A DNA stretch of 40,269 bases from Nitrospirota bacterium (lineage in GTDB: Bacteria; JACPQY01), in the NCBI GenBank assembly GCA_016180645.1, contig JACPAV010000049.1, positions 1 to 40,269 of the forward strand, in the 5' to 3' direction. Under the pieces are notes generated by a model. That model searched no databases. It had not been told where the DNA came from and saw nothing but the letters and a program-made list of their open reading frames with translations. This document shows, piece by piece, positions 19,801 to 28,111 of the stretch (within the stretch, counting starts at the first letter, position 1; the number at the start of each line of letters is the position of its first letter). Made by a program: the position numbers and the translations under genes.

Positions 19801-20341
19801 CCGTCACTTGCGGCGCCGGTTCCTTGAACCGTACAGATGATTTAGCGCTCGCCTTCGACTTCGAATCCTGCAACTCGCACTTGACGGGAAGCTCCAGTCC
19901 GGACTGATAGGTGCTCGTGGCCACCGTCTTCGTAACCCCATCATCCCCGGTGATGCAGTTCTCGGTGCAGCTCAGGGCGAGGGGGTTCTCGCTTGCAAAA
20001 TCCTTGGGGAGATCGACACTGAACTTGAGCTTCTGGTCCTTGGCCGGGACATCCGTCTTGGTCTTGGAATCCCGCCGAGCCGCAATGCACCGGACTTCGA
20101 CTGAATCCTTCCCATCCGTGTACGCCGCACACTTGACGGGGTCGGTGCACTTGCGGCCGCCCTTGTAGATCTCCATCTTGAGTTTTACGGAGCCGAGGGT
20201 GCCACCGGTCTTGCAAGAGGGATCGCTGGGATTCGCCTTGCAATCCACCCCCCCCCCTCCGACCGTCGATGTCGCGCAAGAACCAGCAAGGACCATCAGG
20301 AAACACAGAAGAGTGGGCGCGAAAGCCGGCGGTTTTCTCAT
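16898..20341 (-). CDS. Large Cys-rich Ig-like (Big_1/invasin-type) lipoprotein, paralogue of 9035..11050
   Basis: MRKPPAFAPTLLCFLMVLAGSC lipobox (alternative start 20368); Big-like repeats; shared C-terminal motifs GDRYGNP, EAG, GSEGFIDMDGDG, HDRGEPFINSN, DINGNG and VWD. Confidence 0.85.
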   Translation of the reverse strand: MRKPPAFAPTLLCFLMVLAGSCATSTVGGGGVDCKANPSDPSCKTGGTLGSVKLKMEIYKGGRKCTDPVKCAAYTDGKDSVEVRCIAARRDSKTKTDVPAKDQKLKFSVDLPKDFASENPLALSCTENCITGDDGVTKTVATSTYQSGLELPVKCELQDSKSKASAKSSVRFKEPAPQVTVTVQDGKLVMGRGTADEAVIQATVLLGTTTPPAGAAVQFKVDDIETAKLATTTAGSTLAGSVSVSLDNTGVAMAKLKPIPSTSQNASNVFLRVEVTAAFGTTSATGYTYLVVGNGPAAILSADKAVADADGASTIKLSAGVADKNGARVAGATVRFETDAGIFPNRSKSYEVQTDSTGNASAALVSLQPSSGVAKATVVSTLENCPASGCVSQLLTVTFVGTAISCDVGKISKLDLTYENCPAGPEVTPCRVQNDDDPDTTPVENEVTVLARALDTASKPLSNQVVRFCTCLPHRVETSTRGTIATTDGAGLARITFKAGFKPQTTAVLGYVGCPATDPCADLCSGSGGGGTSSSTETVEFIQKQVPIIVTSSSGYTIEFDQSPILIGVLGTGNDTAELKIAVKDQSGSPVRDGTKVRFYLVKGGGGESLASEAGARSDEAFEESVQGEASTRIRGGTVPGNVQVGVDVTVPGGKVITGTIQNIIIQSGPPVTDHFGLAENPFNIIGLLIFGEEVDVTAFVGDRYGNPPTPGTSVFFATEAGIIQGGGGKELSDTGSVTATLVSAAPLPRVIESFPGPSYCPNDFDSSNEGTPADYDDPSDGRGTVVAYTKGSEGFIDMDGDGLHIEDGGCIPGKQCPADQPGCSADPAESNGVWDECDDRGSGPRDGICQSNEFNSCDDRDRDGECSATELALPRVCRLGEDIFCILCTSACGTGTNAPTTGYAKLRHKDSTSRDTAKMPDKACVRLLHDRGEPFINSNECVLGDAGYPEKDLDEIFFDINGNGVYDPPNGRYEASNASVWDDIRVVWSTRVGTFSIECSPRTPSGNCGSGCTGTYLTNQEFLIADKCGANFIIHVADQLKNPVVAGCSLTVNFPSGSSTTSGGGTTGCTNPTQTAPNFTVADCVEPDTGLSTGCTAFRFSFTDPDICTSSPTTIDASISVDLTGCKNLGPSGAGKITATINGKYQ

Positions 20342-20411
20342 TACAGTCGGGAAAGAAGCAATTGGCATTCCATGCGCGTTAGAAAACCGTCCATGGTTTC
20401 AGGTACATAGC

Positions 20412-20440
20412 ATTGTAGCCCAATGCCGGGGTCGAAGCAA
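20412..20440 (-). promoter_or_regulatory. Sigma70-type promoter
   Basis: Minus strand TTGCTT-17bp-TACAAT upstream of the lipoprotein gene. Confidence 0.6.
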
Positions 20441-20447
20441 CCCCAGA

Positions 20448-21857
20448 TCAAGAAACTTTTTCGCCGTTCCGGGGTTTCGTGGTCCCCTTAAAGCCCAGTC
20501 CCGCCCGGATCACTTTCACCACGCCCTTGAGGACGTCCTTCCCAAATCTTTGGTTGAATTCCGGAAGGGGCACGATCGCTTTCGCCATCGACCGGTGGCC
20601 CCCGGCCCTCCCCCATTCCCCGAAACACAGCTTCGCCAGCTCACCGGCGCTCCTCACGTGGCCATTGTTCCGAATCGAGACGACCAGATTGTCGCCGAGC
20701 ACGCCACAGGCCACGGCCCAACGAATCCGTTCGAGGTAAAGCGACAGGTCCGCAAGATGGGCCAGCGTGTCCTCCCGCTCCACGGGCCCGAGGTAGGCGA
20801 AAATCATGTCCTTGTAGACCTTCTTACTTTCCAAGGCCTTTACCAACGAATCGAAATCCTCCCGCGTGAGTTCGGGCTGCTCGATCTTGCGAATGGTCGT
20901 CTTGTTGGCAACAGGAAACAGCCCCGAAAAAGCCCGGATGTCGGCGGGGCTCATGTGGACCCCCAGCTTTTGGGTGTCGACCTTGAGGGCATAGTACATC
21001 GCAGTGGCCAACCGCTCCTGAAGCGGGGTCTCCAGCGCCTCCAAGTACTCATAGAGAATAGTGGACGTAGCACCGTAGGAAGTCCGGATATCTTTGAAAC
21101 GCGCCGTGTAATCCGATTGCTCGGGATGATGATCTAGAACCGCGTCTACGTGCTTGATCCGCCCTGCGAAGTAGGTGGGCTGGACGTCCACCATGACCAG
21201 GCCGCCGAACTTCTCGAGATCGGAAGGCACTACCTGCCGCACCTCCAGCTCCAGCAGCTTGATCATGGCCAGGTTTTCAGGACGCGTAATCGGGGCGAAG
21301 GTGACCGTCGGGGCGGTCGACCGTGTCCGCCCCACTATCGTCCGAACCGCCATGGCACTCGCGATGCCGTCCGGGTCCGGGTTGTCGTGAAGGAGAATGG
21401 CAAAATCGGCCAAACCTTCCAGCGTGGATCGAAGTTCCTGAACCTTCTTCCGCGATCGCAGCCGACGGAGATCCCTCCCCACCCCGTGGCCGAAGACGTC
21501 CCAAATGGGCACATGGAGGTAATTCATCCCGTTCGGCGATTGGATCTCCAGCGTGGAATCCGTCTGGAGGATCAGACCCTGATTCTGGGGGAATATCTCG
21601 CTGAGCGTGCGCAGCACCTCCTGCGTTCGCTCGCGATCGGTCAGTTCGACGACGAAAATATCTCCGGCGCCGGGCTTGAGCGACCGAAAAGTATCGATCG
21701 ATGCGAGATCCACCTGGCAGGCCTGAAATCCCTCATCCAGAAGTTGCGCCGCATGGCGATGCTCGGGAACGAGCACTTGGATATCCTTTGGATCGTTCCG
21801 CACCCCGCGCAAAAGATGGGGCACCAACGGATCGTCACAAATGCAATAAATTCTCAT
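20448..21857 (-). CDS. DHH/DHHA1 family phosphoesterase (NrnA-like) with an N-terminal TrkA/RCK-like region
   Basis: HDNPDPDGIASA, MVD, LDHH, VDT, SIR and GGH motifs. Confidence 0.88.
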   Translation of the reverse strand: MRIYCICDDPLVPHLLRGVRNDPKDIQVLVPEHRHAAQLLDEGFQACQVDLASIDTFRSLKPGAGDIFVVELTDRERTQEVLRTLSEIFPQNQGLILQTDSTLEIQSPNGMNYLHVPIWDVFGHGVGRDLRRLRSRKKVQELRSTLEGLADFAILLHDNPDPDGIASAMAVRTIVGRTRSTAPTVTFAPITRPENLAMIKLLELEVRQVVPSDLEKFGGLVMVDVQPTYFAGRIKHVDAVLDHHPEQSDYTARFKDIRTSYGATSTILYEYLEALETPLQERLATAMYYALKVDTQKLGVHMSPADIRAFSGLFPVANKTTIRKIEQPELTREDFDSLVKALESKKVYKDMIFAYLGPVEREDTLAHLADLSLYLERIRWAVACGVLGDNLVVSIRNNGHVRSAGELAKLCFGEWGRAGGHRSMAKAIVPLPEFNQRFGKDVLKGVVKVIRAGLGFKGTTKPRNGEKVS

Positions 21858-21860
21858 GAA

Positions 21861-21911
21861 ATGTCATTCCGGGGATTGTGTGATAGTATCACCCTCCACA
21901 GTGGGGGTCAA
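21861..21911. promoter_or_regulatory. Overlapping divergent sigma70 promoters
   Basis: Minus: TTGACC-17-TACTAT. Plus: ATGTCA-17-TAGTAT. Both -10 boxes lie in the palindrome GTGATAGTATCAC (21880-21892) and both have an extended TG. Confidence 0.65.
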
Positions 21912-21941
21912 AGAGGGCTGACACGCTAACCGGGAGGTCCG

Positions 21942-22238
21942 ATGTCTGAAACACTTCGAAAAGAGCAGCAAATTCAAATCCAAATCGACGAGCCGATTGG
22001 GCAGGGAGTCTATTCGAATTTCTGCGCCGTCACCCACAAGCAGGGAGAATTCATAGTCGATTTCATCTTCATCCAGCCGCTGGAACCGAAGGGAAAAGTT
22101 CGCAGTCGGGTCGTTCTCACCCCGGTGGCCGCCAAGCAGATTTTCCAAACGCTGATGGAAAACATGCGGATCTACGAGGAACGATTCGGACGCATCGAGA
22201 TCCTCGCCGGGGAACCCAAGCCGACCATGATGCAGTAG
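21942..22238 (+). CDS. DUF3467-like small protein
   Basis: GGAGG RBS; GVYSNF...EFIVDF...SRVVLTP..AK...L.EN...YE.RFG.I pattern. Confidence 0.8.
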   Translation: MSETLRKEQQIQIQIDEPIGQGVYSNFCAVTHKQGEFIVDFIFIQPLEPKGKVRSRVVLTPVAAKQIFQTLMENMRIYEERFGRIEILAGEPKPTMMQ

Positions 22239-22257
22239 TTTCGCCCGCCGGGCTGCC

Positions 22258-23307
22258 TTGAAATCTCAATTCTCAAATCTGAAATCGCCTCGCTTTTTCC
22301 GCCCCACCGTCTGCACGATCGACCTCGATGCCTTGGGGCGGAACTTTCTCACCCTGAAGCAGCTTGCCGGCCCAAGGAAATTCATCGCCGTGGTCAAATC
22401 CAATGCCTACGGTCACGGAGCCGTGGAGGTAGCCCGAAGGCTGGAATTGCAGGGAGTGAACCGTCTGGCTGTTGTTTCGCTCGAAGAAGCCATCGAGCTG
22501 CGGGAGGCCGGCATTCGAAAGCCCATTCTCATCCTCGGGATCCTTCAGCCTTCCAGCGCCGATCTCATCGCCGCCTATCGGTTCACCCCGGCCCTGTTCT
22601 CCCAGGAGATGGCCCGTGCCCTCCAATCGGCCGCACGAAGCCTCGGAGTGCACCTTCCCATACACATCAAAATCGACTCGGGCATGGGCCGCCTGGGAAT
22701 CACGCCGGCCGAGTGCCCGGCCATGGCCGAAACCCTTGAGGACTGTCCCAACCTCCGTGTCGAGAGCGTGTTTACTCACCTCGCGAAGGCCGATATCGAC
22801 CCGGAGTTCACGACACACCAATTGAGAACATTCACCACGGCAGCGGAGCTTTTCAAGGGCCGCAATGGCCAACTCCCCATTCGGCACGCAGCCAACAGCG
22901 CTGCCGTGCTTAGGCATCCGGACGCGCTGTTTGACGCGATCCGGCCGGGGCTCGCCTTATATGGAGTTAGTCCATTCGATGTAGGCCGCGCCGCCGTCCG
23001 ATTGGAACCGATCCTTTCACTGTCCACGCGAATTCTGTTCCTAAAAGAGCTACCGGCCGACACGCCCATCAGCTACGGTGGCACGTTCAGAACGCGCCGA
23101 CCCTCCGTGATCGCAACGTTGCCTATCGGGTACGCGGACGGACTCAGCCGCCTGCGATCGAATCCCTCGGAAGGCATGGGTGGCAAAGTTGGCGGCCACG
23201 TATTGGTGAAAGGGAGACGTGCCCCCATCGTTGGGGTACTCTGCGGAATCTCCTCCCGAGTCCCTAGAATCTACGTCGGGCCCCCAGGGGACCAATCGCC
23301 CGCCTGA
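22258..23307 (+). CDS. alr: Alanine racemase, with an apparent in-frame deletion near the C-terminus
   Basis: AVVKSNAYGHG (PLP lysine), HIKIDSGMGRLG, HAANSAA, IRPGLALYG, ISYGG and PIGYADG. It lacks the usual CMD...YE block. The TTG start is uncertain. Confidence 0.9.
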   Translation: MKSQFSNLKSPRFFRPTVCTIDLDALGRNFLTLKQLAGPRKFIAVVKSNAYGHGAVEVARRLELQGVNRLAVVSLEEAIELREAGIRKPILILGILQPSSADLIAAYRFTPALFSQEMARALQSAARSLGVHLPIHIKIDSGMGRLGITPAECPAMAETLEDCPNLRVESVFTHLAKADIDPEFTTHQLRTFTTAAELFKGRNGQLPIRHAANSAAVLRHPDALFDAIRPGLALYGVSPFDVGRAAVRLEPILSLSTRILFLKELPADTPISYGGTFRTRRPSVIATLPIGYADGLSRLRSNPSEGMGGKVGGHVLVKGRRAPIVGVLCGISSRVPRIYVGPPGDQSPA

Positions 23308-24106
23308 TTTTCACCACGTCATCCAGCAGCTTGTCGAGGTCCGCGAGGCGGAGGGACGTCGGCCCGTCCGAGAGCGCGCGTTCCGGCCGGGGATGGACTT
23401 CGATGTAGAGAGCGTCCACTCCAATCGCCACCGCAGCCCTCGCGAACGGCGCGATGAATTGTCGATCACCGCCGGAAGCATGGCCCAATCCGCCCGGCCT
23501 CTGGAGACTGTGGCTCGCGTCGAACACCACCGGGCACCCCAGCCCGCGGAGGATCGGCAGAGACCGAAAATCGGCCACCAGATTTTGATATCCAAACATG
23601 GTGCCTCTCTCGGTCAGCAGGATGTTCCCGTTGCCGGCGGCCGACGCCTTTTCCACCACGTTCTTCATTTCTTCCGGTGAGACGAACTGGCCTTTCTTGA
23701 TATTGACGATCCTCCCCGTCCGGACGGCGGCCTGAATAAGATCCGTCTGGCGGCACAAGAACGCCGGAATCTGAAGAATGTCCGCCACCCCCGCCACCTT
23801 CTCCACTTGAGACACATCGTGGACATCCGTGAGAAGCGGCACCCCCACCTTTTCTTTCACTTCGGCCAGAATCTCCAAACCACGATCCATACCCTGTCCC
23901 CGAAAGGATCGAACACTCGTCCGATTGGCTTTGTCGAACGAAGACTTGAAGAGGTAGTTGATCCCCCGCTTCCGGCAGCACCGACTCACATGCCGGGCCA
24001 CCTCCAGCGCAATCTCCTTTGATTCGACCACACAGGGCCCCGCAATAAGACAGAGCGGCTGGCCGTCGCCGATGGAGAAATCCCCCACCTTCACATGGAC
24101 TTTCAA
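23264..24106 (-). CDS. kdsA: 3-deoxy-8-phosphooctulonate (KDO8P) synthase
   Basis: LIAGPCVVES, KSSFDKANRTS, QIPAFLCRQTDL, NIKKGQF, TERG, FDASHS and SDGP. TTG start at 24106 with an AGGAG RBS. Confidence 0.95.
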   Translation of the reverse strand: MKVHVKVGDFSIGDGQPLCLIAGPCVVESKEIALEVARHVSRCCRKRGINYLFKSSFDKANRTSVRSFRGQGMDRGLEILAEVKEKVGVPLLTDVHDVSQVEKVAGVADILQIPAFLCRQTDLIQAAVRTGRIVNIKKGQFVSPEEMKNVVEKASAAGNGNILLTERGTMFGYQNLVADFRSLPILRGLGCPVVFDASHSLQRPGGLGHASGGDRQFIAPFARAAVAIGVDALYIEVHPRPERALSDGPTSLRLADLDKLLDDVVKIRRAIGPLGARRRF

Positions 24107-24108
24107 CC

Positions 24109-24201
24109 TTCTCCTGACTCTCACATCTCGCCTCACTCCTCTCGCCTCACTCCTCTCGTCTCGCTCCTCTCGTCTCTCACTTCTCACCTCTCACCTCACT
24201 C
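24109..24201. repeat. Degenerate heptamer (TCTCAC/CCTCAC-type) tandem repeat tract
   Basis: Pyrimidine-rich run such as CCTCACTCCTCTCG repeated, filling the CDF-kdsA intergenic space. Confidence 0.75.
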
Positions 24202-24202
24202 G

Positions 24203-25162
24203 TCACGCTTTCTCCAAGGGTTCCACGTGAACCACCACGTCGTCAACCTCGGAAAAGCGTTTCTGAATCGCCTCTTCCACCCGGTCGGCGATCGAGTGGG
24301 CGCTCCTGACGCTGATCTCCGGGTCCACCTCGATCACCACGTCCACCTTCACATCCCCCGATCCCCCTCGGGAACGTGCCCGGTGGCACCTCTGGACACC
24401 CCCAATCGACTCAACCACACGCACCAGTTCAGTCGGATCGATGACGCTCTCATCCGCAAGAACCTGGATCGCCCGGCGAAAAATGGTGTACCCGAGCCAC
24501 GCCATGAGCGCCAGGACTCCGATCGAAGCCACGGCATCCGCCTTCCCCCAGCCCAACCGAACGCCCAGGACCCCGACCAGCACGGCGAGCGTCACAAACA
24601 CATCGGCCAGCGTGTGGCGCGCATCGGCCGTCAGAAGGGCACTGTCCAACCGCCTCCCTTCACGCTGCTCGTAGGTCGTCACCACAAGATTGACGGCGAG
24701 CGTCACCAACATCACGCCGTAAGCTTCGACCCCCAGCGACGGGTGGGATGCGCCTTTGAGCGCGCTCCATGCGGCTTCCCCCACACGCAGGATCATGAGG
24801 AGAACAAAGACTCCGATGGCCAGCGATCCCAGAACCTCAAACTTCCGATGACCATACGGGTGTCCCTCATCGGGAGGCTGGGCGGCAATGCGCATCACCG
24901 CCAGCGCCACCACGTTGTTCGCCCCATCCAGAGTGGAATGGAATCCGTCGGCCTGAATAGCCAGCGATCCGGAGAACAGCCCATAGGCAATCTTGGCCGC
25001 CGCCACAAGAGCGTTGCCCAGGAGGACCAGCCACAGGACCCGGTTGATCACCCTCCGGCGCGAATCCCCATGCCGATTCCGATCGCCGTCCCCGAAGCGA
25101 AGCGGAGGGCGGCGGCGGTCCTCGGCCTCGACGGCCGGCGAAGAAATCACCGCTGCACTCAT
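24203..25162 (-). CDS. Cation diffusion facilitator family transporter (FieF-like)
   Basis: SGSLAIQADGFHSTLD, PPDEGHPYGHRKFE, ADARHTLAD, AHSIAD and VVVHVEP. Confidence 0.92.
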   Translation of the reverse strand: MSAAVISSPAVEAEDRRRPPLRFGDGDRNRHGDSRRRVINRVLWLVLLGNALVAAAKIAYGLFSGSLAIQADGFHSTLDGANNVVALAVMRIAAQPPDEGHPYGHRKFEVLGSLAIGVFVLLMILRVGEAAWSALKGASHPSLGVEAYGVMLVTLAVNLVVTTYEQREGRRLDSALLTADARHTLADVFVTLAVLVGVLGVRLGWGKADAVASIGVLALMAWLGYTIFRRAIQVLADESVIDPTELVRVVESIGGVQRCHRARSRGGSGDVKVDVVIEVDPEISVRSAHSIADRVEEAIQKRFSEVDDVVVHVEPLEKA

Positions 25163-25674
25163 CAGCCCCCCGTCTTGGGCCTGTCTCCGGACTTCCGATA
25201 TGCAAGATAGTCGCGAAGGATTCGAGAATGATCGAACGCCAGATCATCGAATGGAATTTCTTGCTGCGCGAAGCATCGTGCGTTTCGAGCGTCGTCCCCG
25301 CCTTTCGGGGCTCCCGACGCGGTCGCGATAAAGACCACGGCCACGTTATGACGACGGGTATCCCGTCTTGGGTCGGAATAAACGTGGAACTGTTCTTCCA
25401 AGCGAATTCTCAGTCCTGTTTCTTCTCTCGCCTCTCGAACCACGGCCTTCTCCACCGATTCCCCGTACTCCACATATCCGCCCGGTAGAGCCCACCCCGG
25501 CGGAGGGTTCTTTCGCTCAATCAGCACGATGCCGCCGCGAAGTTCTATGATCGCATCCACCGTCAGAAACGGCGTCAGGATGACTCTGCCTTGCCGCGAC
25601 TGGCCGGATGCCACCAAGCGGGGCGGCGTCTTCTGTACTTTTCCCCGCCTACTCCGACTCCGATTCTTCTCCAC
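25162..25674 (-). CDS. NUDIX hydrolase
   Basis: Nudix box [23 protein letters not shown], plus SDPRRD and LAFDH. The start is uncertain. Confidence 0.9.
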   Translation of the reverse strand: MEKNRSRSRRGKVQKTPPRLVASGQSRQGRVILTPFLTVDAIIELRGGIVLIERKNPPPGWALPGGYVEYGESVEKAVVREAREETGLRIRLEEQFHVYSDPRRDTRRHNVAVVFIATASGAPKGGDDARNARCFAQQEIPFDDLAFDHSRILRDYLAYRKSGDRPKTGG

Positions 25675-25709
25675 TCACCACTCACTATTCACTTCTCACC
25701 GGAAGAGCG

Positions 25710-25781
25710 CTGGGACGGGAGGGGTCGAACCTCCATTGACGGATCCAAAGTCCGCTGTCCTGCCGATTGGACGACGTCCCA
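25710..25781 (-). tRNA. tRNA-Gln(TTG), CCA not encoded
   Basis: TGGGACGTCGTCCAATCGGCAGGACAGCGGACTTTGGATCCGTCAATGGAGGTTCGACCCCTCCCGTCCCAG folds as a full cloverleaf. Confidence 0.95.
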
Positions 25782-25808
25782 AGGATGGGTCGTACCCGGA
25801 GCCATGAT

Positions 25809-25830
25809 GCACGGCCATGGATGGCCGTGC
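25809..25830. repeat. REP-like hairpin in the tRNA-Gln leader
   Basis: GCACGGCCA-TGGA-TGGCCGTGC, a perfect 9-bp stem. Confidence 0.55.
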
Positions 25831-25967
25831 TCGCTTCGCGAAGGGTGCGTCCCAAAGTTCACTCATGTTAGCAGGACACCCCATCCACGCAAGGGCGCGC
25901 CCGGCGGATGCGCCGGGTGCGAGCCAACGGATTGCAATCCACTCCGAGACTGCGAGAATCCGGCCCG

Positions 25968-28049
25968 ATGAGCCGGCCACACCACCCATCTTGGGCCAAG
26001 GAGCTTTCACAACTCCTGGCCACAACCGAAAGCCCGCTACGAGGGGCCCTTCCAAGTTTCACCATTCGGCAGGAACAGGTTGAAATGGCCGAGCGCGTCT
26101 CGGAAGCACTCGAGGAGGGCACTTGGCTCATGGTCGAGGCCGGAACGGGAGTCGGCAAAAGCCTCGCCTATCTCGTTCCCGCCGCGCTCTGGTGTCATGC
26201 AGAAGGAAAGCGCGTGGTCGTGTCCACCTACACCAAGACACTCCAAGACCAGCTCGTTCGCAAGGACCTTGAGGCTTTGCGGCGCGCGCTGTCCGGCCTT
26301 TCGATCGATCTTCGCTTTGCCCTCCTCATGGGATCCAACAACTACGCCTGCTCGCAACGCCTCAAACATGCGATGGGCGATTCCCATCTGCTCTTCGATT
26401 CGCGACAGGACGCTTCAACCCTCCAAAGGCTGGCCGAACTCTCCCCTGCGGAATGGTCGGGCCGAAGGCAGGATCTTCTCTTCACCGTCGAATCGGACGT
26501 GTGGAACCAGGTATGCCGTGATCCAAAGATCTGCCTCGGCCGGAAGGGGCCCTCGTGGCACACCTGCTACTGGAGACGAGCCATGGAAGAAGCGAGGGAG
26601 GCACAGATCCTCGTGATCAATCATGCCCTTTTCTTTGCCAACGAGTCTCTGGAAGGGGGATTGTTGCCACCCCACGACGCCATTATCTTCGATGAAGCAC
26701 ATCGCCTCGAGGAAGCCTTCTTGTCCTTCGCGTCGGAAGAAGCATCTAACTTCGGCCTGCGCCGACTCCTCGACGATATTCTGAGAGAAGACGGCACAAA
26801 AGGTCTGGCCGCAAGGCTGACTCGATCCGCGGCGTGGAAAGACGAAGTTGCGTCCCTTGTCCACAGAGCGCACCCGGCGATCCGGGACTTCTTCGATCAA
26901 CTCCTCCAATTCGTGGGCGCCGATCCCTCGCGTGATCGCCGGAGGCCCCCCCATGCCGCCACTGGAACTCAACTCACCCGGCGTCTGATCCAGTCGAGCC
27001 TGGATGCCGAGCCGCTCACCCGCACCCTGCTTCTTCTCGCCGATCGTCTCAACGAGGGTGCCATGGCCTCCAAGTCGGATGAAGAGGAGAAGGAGATTCG
27101 AGCCCTTTCCGACCAGTGCAAAGCCGCTGCCGAAACCATGACCCGAATTCTCGGCGGCCAAAGCGGGGACGAGGTGCGGTGGGCGGAAGCCCTGCCGCTG
27201 CGGACTGCCCATCGGGCTGCGCTTCGCTCCTCCCCCATTGAGGTGGGGGACCGATTCAATTCGCTTCTCTCGGAGAAGCCCCGCGCCGTGGTGTTCACGT
27301 CCGCCACACTCGCCACGGAAGGCTCCTTCTCGTATGTCCGCTCCCAGCTAGGTCTCGCCCATGTGAAAGAAGCCAAGCTGGATTCGCCATTCAACTACCG
27401 CGAGCAGGCCCTTCTTTATCTGTCCACACGAGTTCCAGACCCACGAAACGCGGCCAGGGAGGAGTATCTGGCAAGCATGGAGGCGGAGTGCACCTCCCTC
27501 CTTCAAGCGGCGGGGGGAGGGACTTTCATCCTCTTCACCAACTACAAGCACCTGGAATGGATGGAGAGGGCGCTTCAGGCCCGGGCCGAATTCAGGGAAT
27601 TCGACTTCTTCGTGCAGGGCGGCCGCGGAACACCCACACAACTCCTCGAGGATTTTCGGAAGTCCAGAAAAGGGGTGCTTCTGGGGACCATGACTTTCTG
27701 GCAGGGGGTGGACGTCCCGGGCGAAGCGCTTCGGTGCGTGATCGTCACCAAGCTACCCTTCGAGCCACCGGACCATCCGATGGCGCAGGCGCGGGCGGAA
27801 CTCATCGCCTCACGCGGCGGCAACGCGTTTGCGGAATACGGGCTCCCCCAGGCCATTCTACTTCTGCGCCAGGGCGTGGGACGCCTAATCCGCTCTGCGA
27901 AAGACCGCGGCGTCATCGCCATCCTCGATTCGCGCGTCTTGACGAAAAGCTACGGCGCCCGCTTCGTCGCCGCCCTCCCCCCAATGCCGCAAACTCAGTC
28001 TCTTCCCGATGCAACAAAGTACTTCACAGATAATCTGGCTAATCGGTGA
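25968..28049 (+). CDS. ATP-dependent DNA helicase, DinG/YoaA family
   Basis: Q motif R.EQ.EM, EAGTGVGKS, NHALF, IFDEAH, TSATL, FWQGVDVPG, KLPF and QGVGRLIRS. Confidence 0.93.
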   Translation: MSRPHHPSWAKELSQLLATTESPLRGALPSFTIRQEQVEMAERVSEALEEGTWLMVEAGTGVGKSLAYLVPAALWCHAEGKRVVVSTYTKTLQDQLVRKDLEALRRALSGLSIDLRFALLMGSNNYACSQRLKHAMGDSHLLFDSRQDASTLQRLAELSPAEWSGRRQDLLFTVESDVWNQVCRDPKICLGRKGPSWHTCYWRRAMEEAREAQILVINHALFFANESLEGGLLPPHDAIIFDEAHRLEEAFLSFASEEASNFGLRRLLDDILREDGTKGLAARLTRSAAWKDEVASLVHRAHPAIRDFFDQLLQFVGADPSRDRRRPPHAATGTQLTRRLIQSSLDAEPLTRTLLLLADRLNEGAMASKSDEEEKEIRALSDQCKAAAETMTRILGGQSGDEVRWAEALPLRTAHRAALRSSPIEVGDRFNSLLSEKPRAVVFTSATLATEGSFSYVRSQLGLAHVKEAKLDSPFNYREQALLYLSTRVPDPRNAAREEYLASMEAECTSLLQAAGGGTFILFTNYKHLEWMERALQARAEFREFDFFVQGGRGTPTQLLEDFRKSRKGVLLGTMTFWQGVDVPGEALRCVIVTKLPFEPPDHPMAQARAELIASRGGNAFAEYGLPQAILLLRQGVGRLIRSAKDRGVIAILDSRVLTKSYGARFVAALPPMPQTQSLPDATKYFTDNLANR

Positions 28050-28094
28050 CAGTATACTTTATTTCGACCCAATAGAGTATACTGTCACCGATTA
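28040..28094. repeat. 55-bp palindrome, copy 1
   Basis: TAATCGGTGACAGTATACTTTATTTCGACCCAATAGAGTATACTGTCACCGATTA; 19-bp perfect arms. It contains the helicase stop codon. Confidence 0.95.
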
Positions 28095-28111
28095 TCGCCT
28101 GTATGTGGGAG

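Noticed and set aside
24107-24187. Arg/Glu-rich N-terminal extension of KdsA
   Set aside because: It is a translation of the heptamer repeat tract. The RBS supports TTG 24106.
25968-28049. Type IV CRISPR-associated CasDinG
   Set aside because: There are no csf genes or array, and the motifs and context fit a housekeeping YoaA/DinG.
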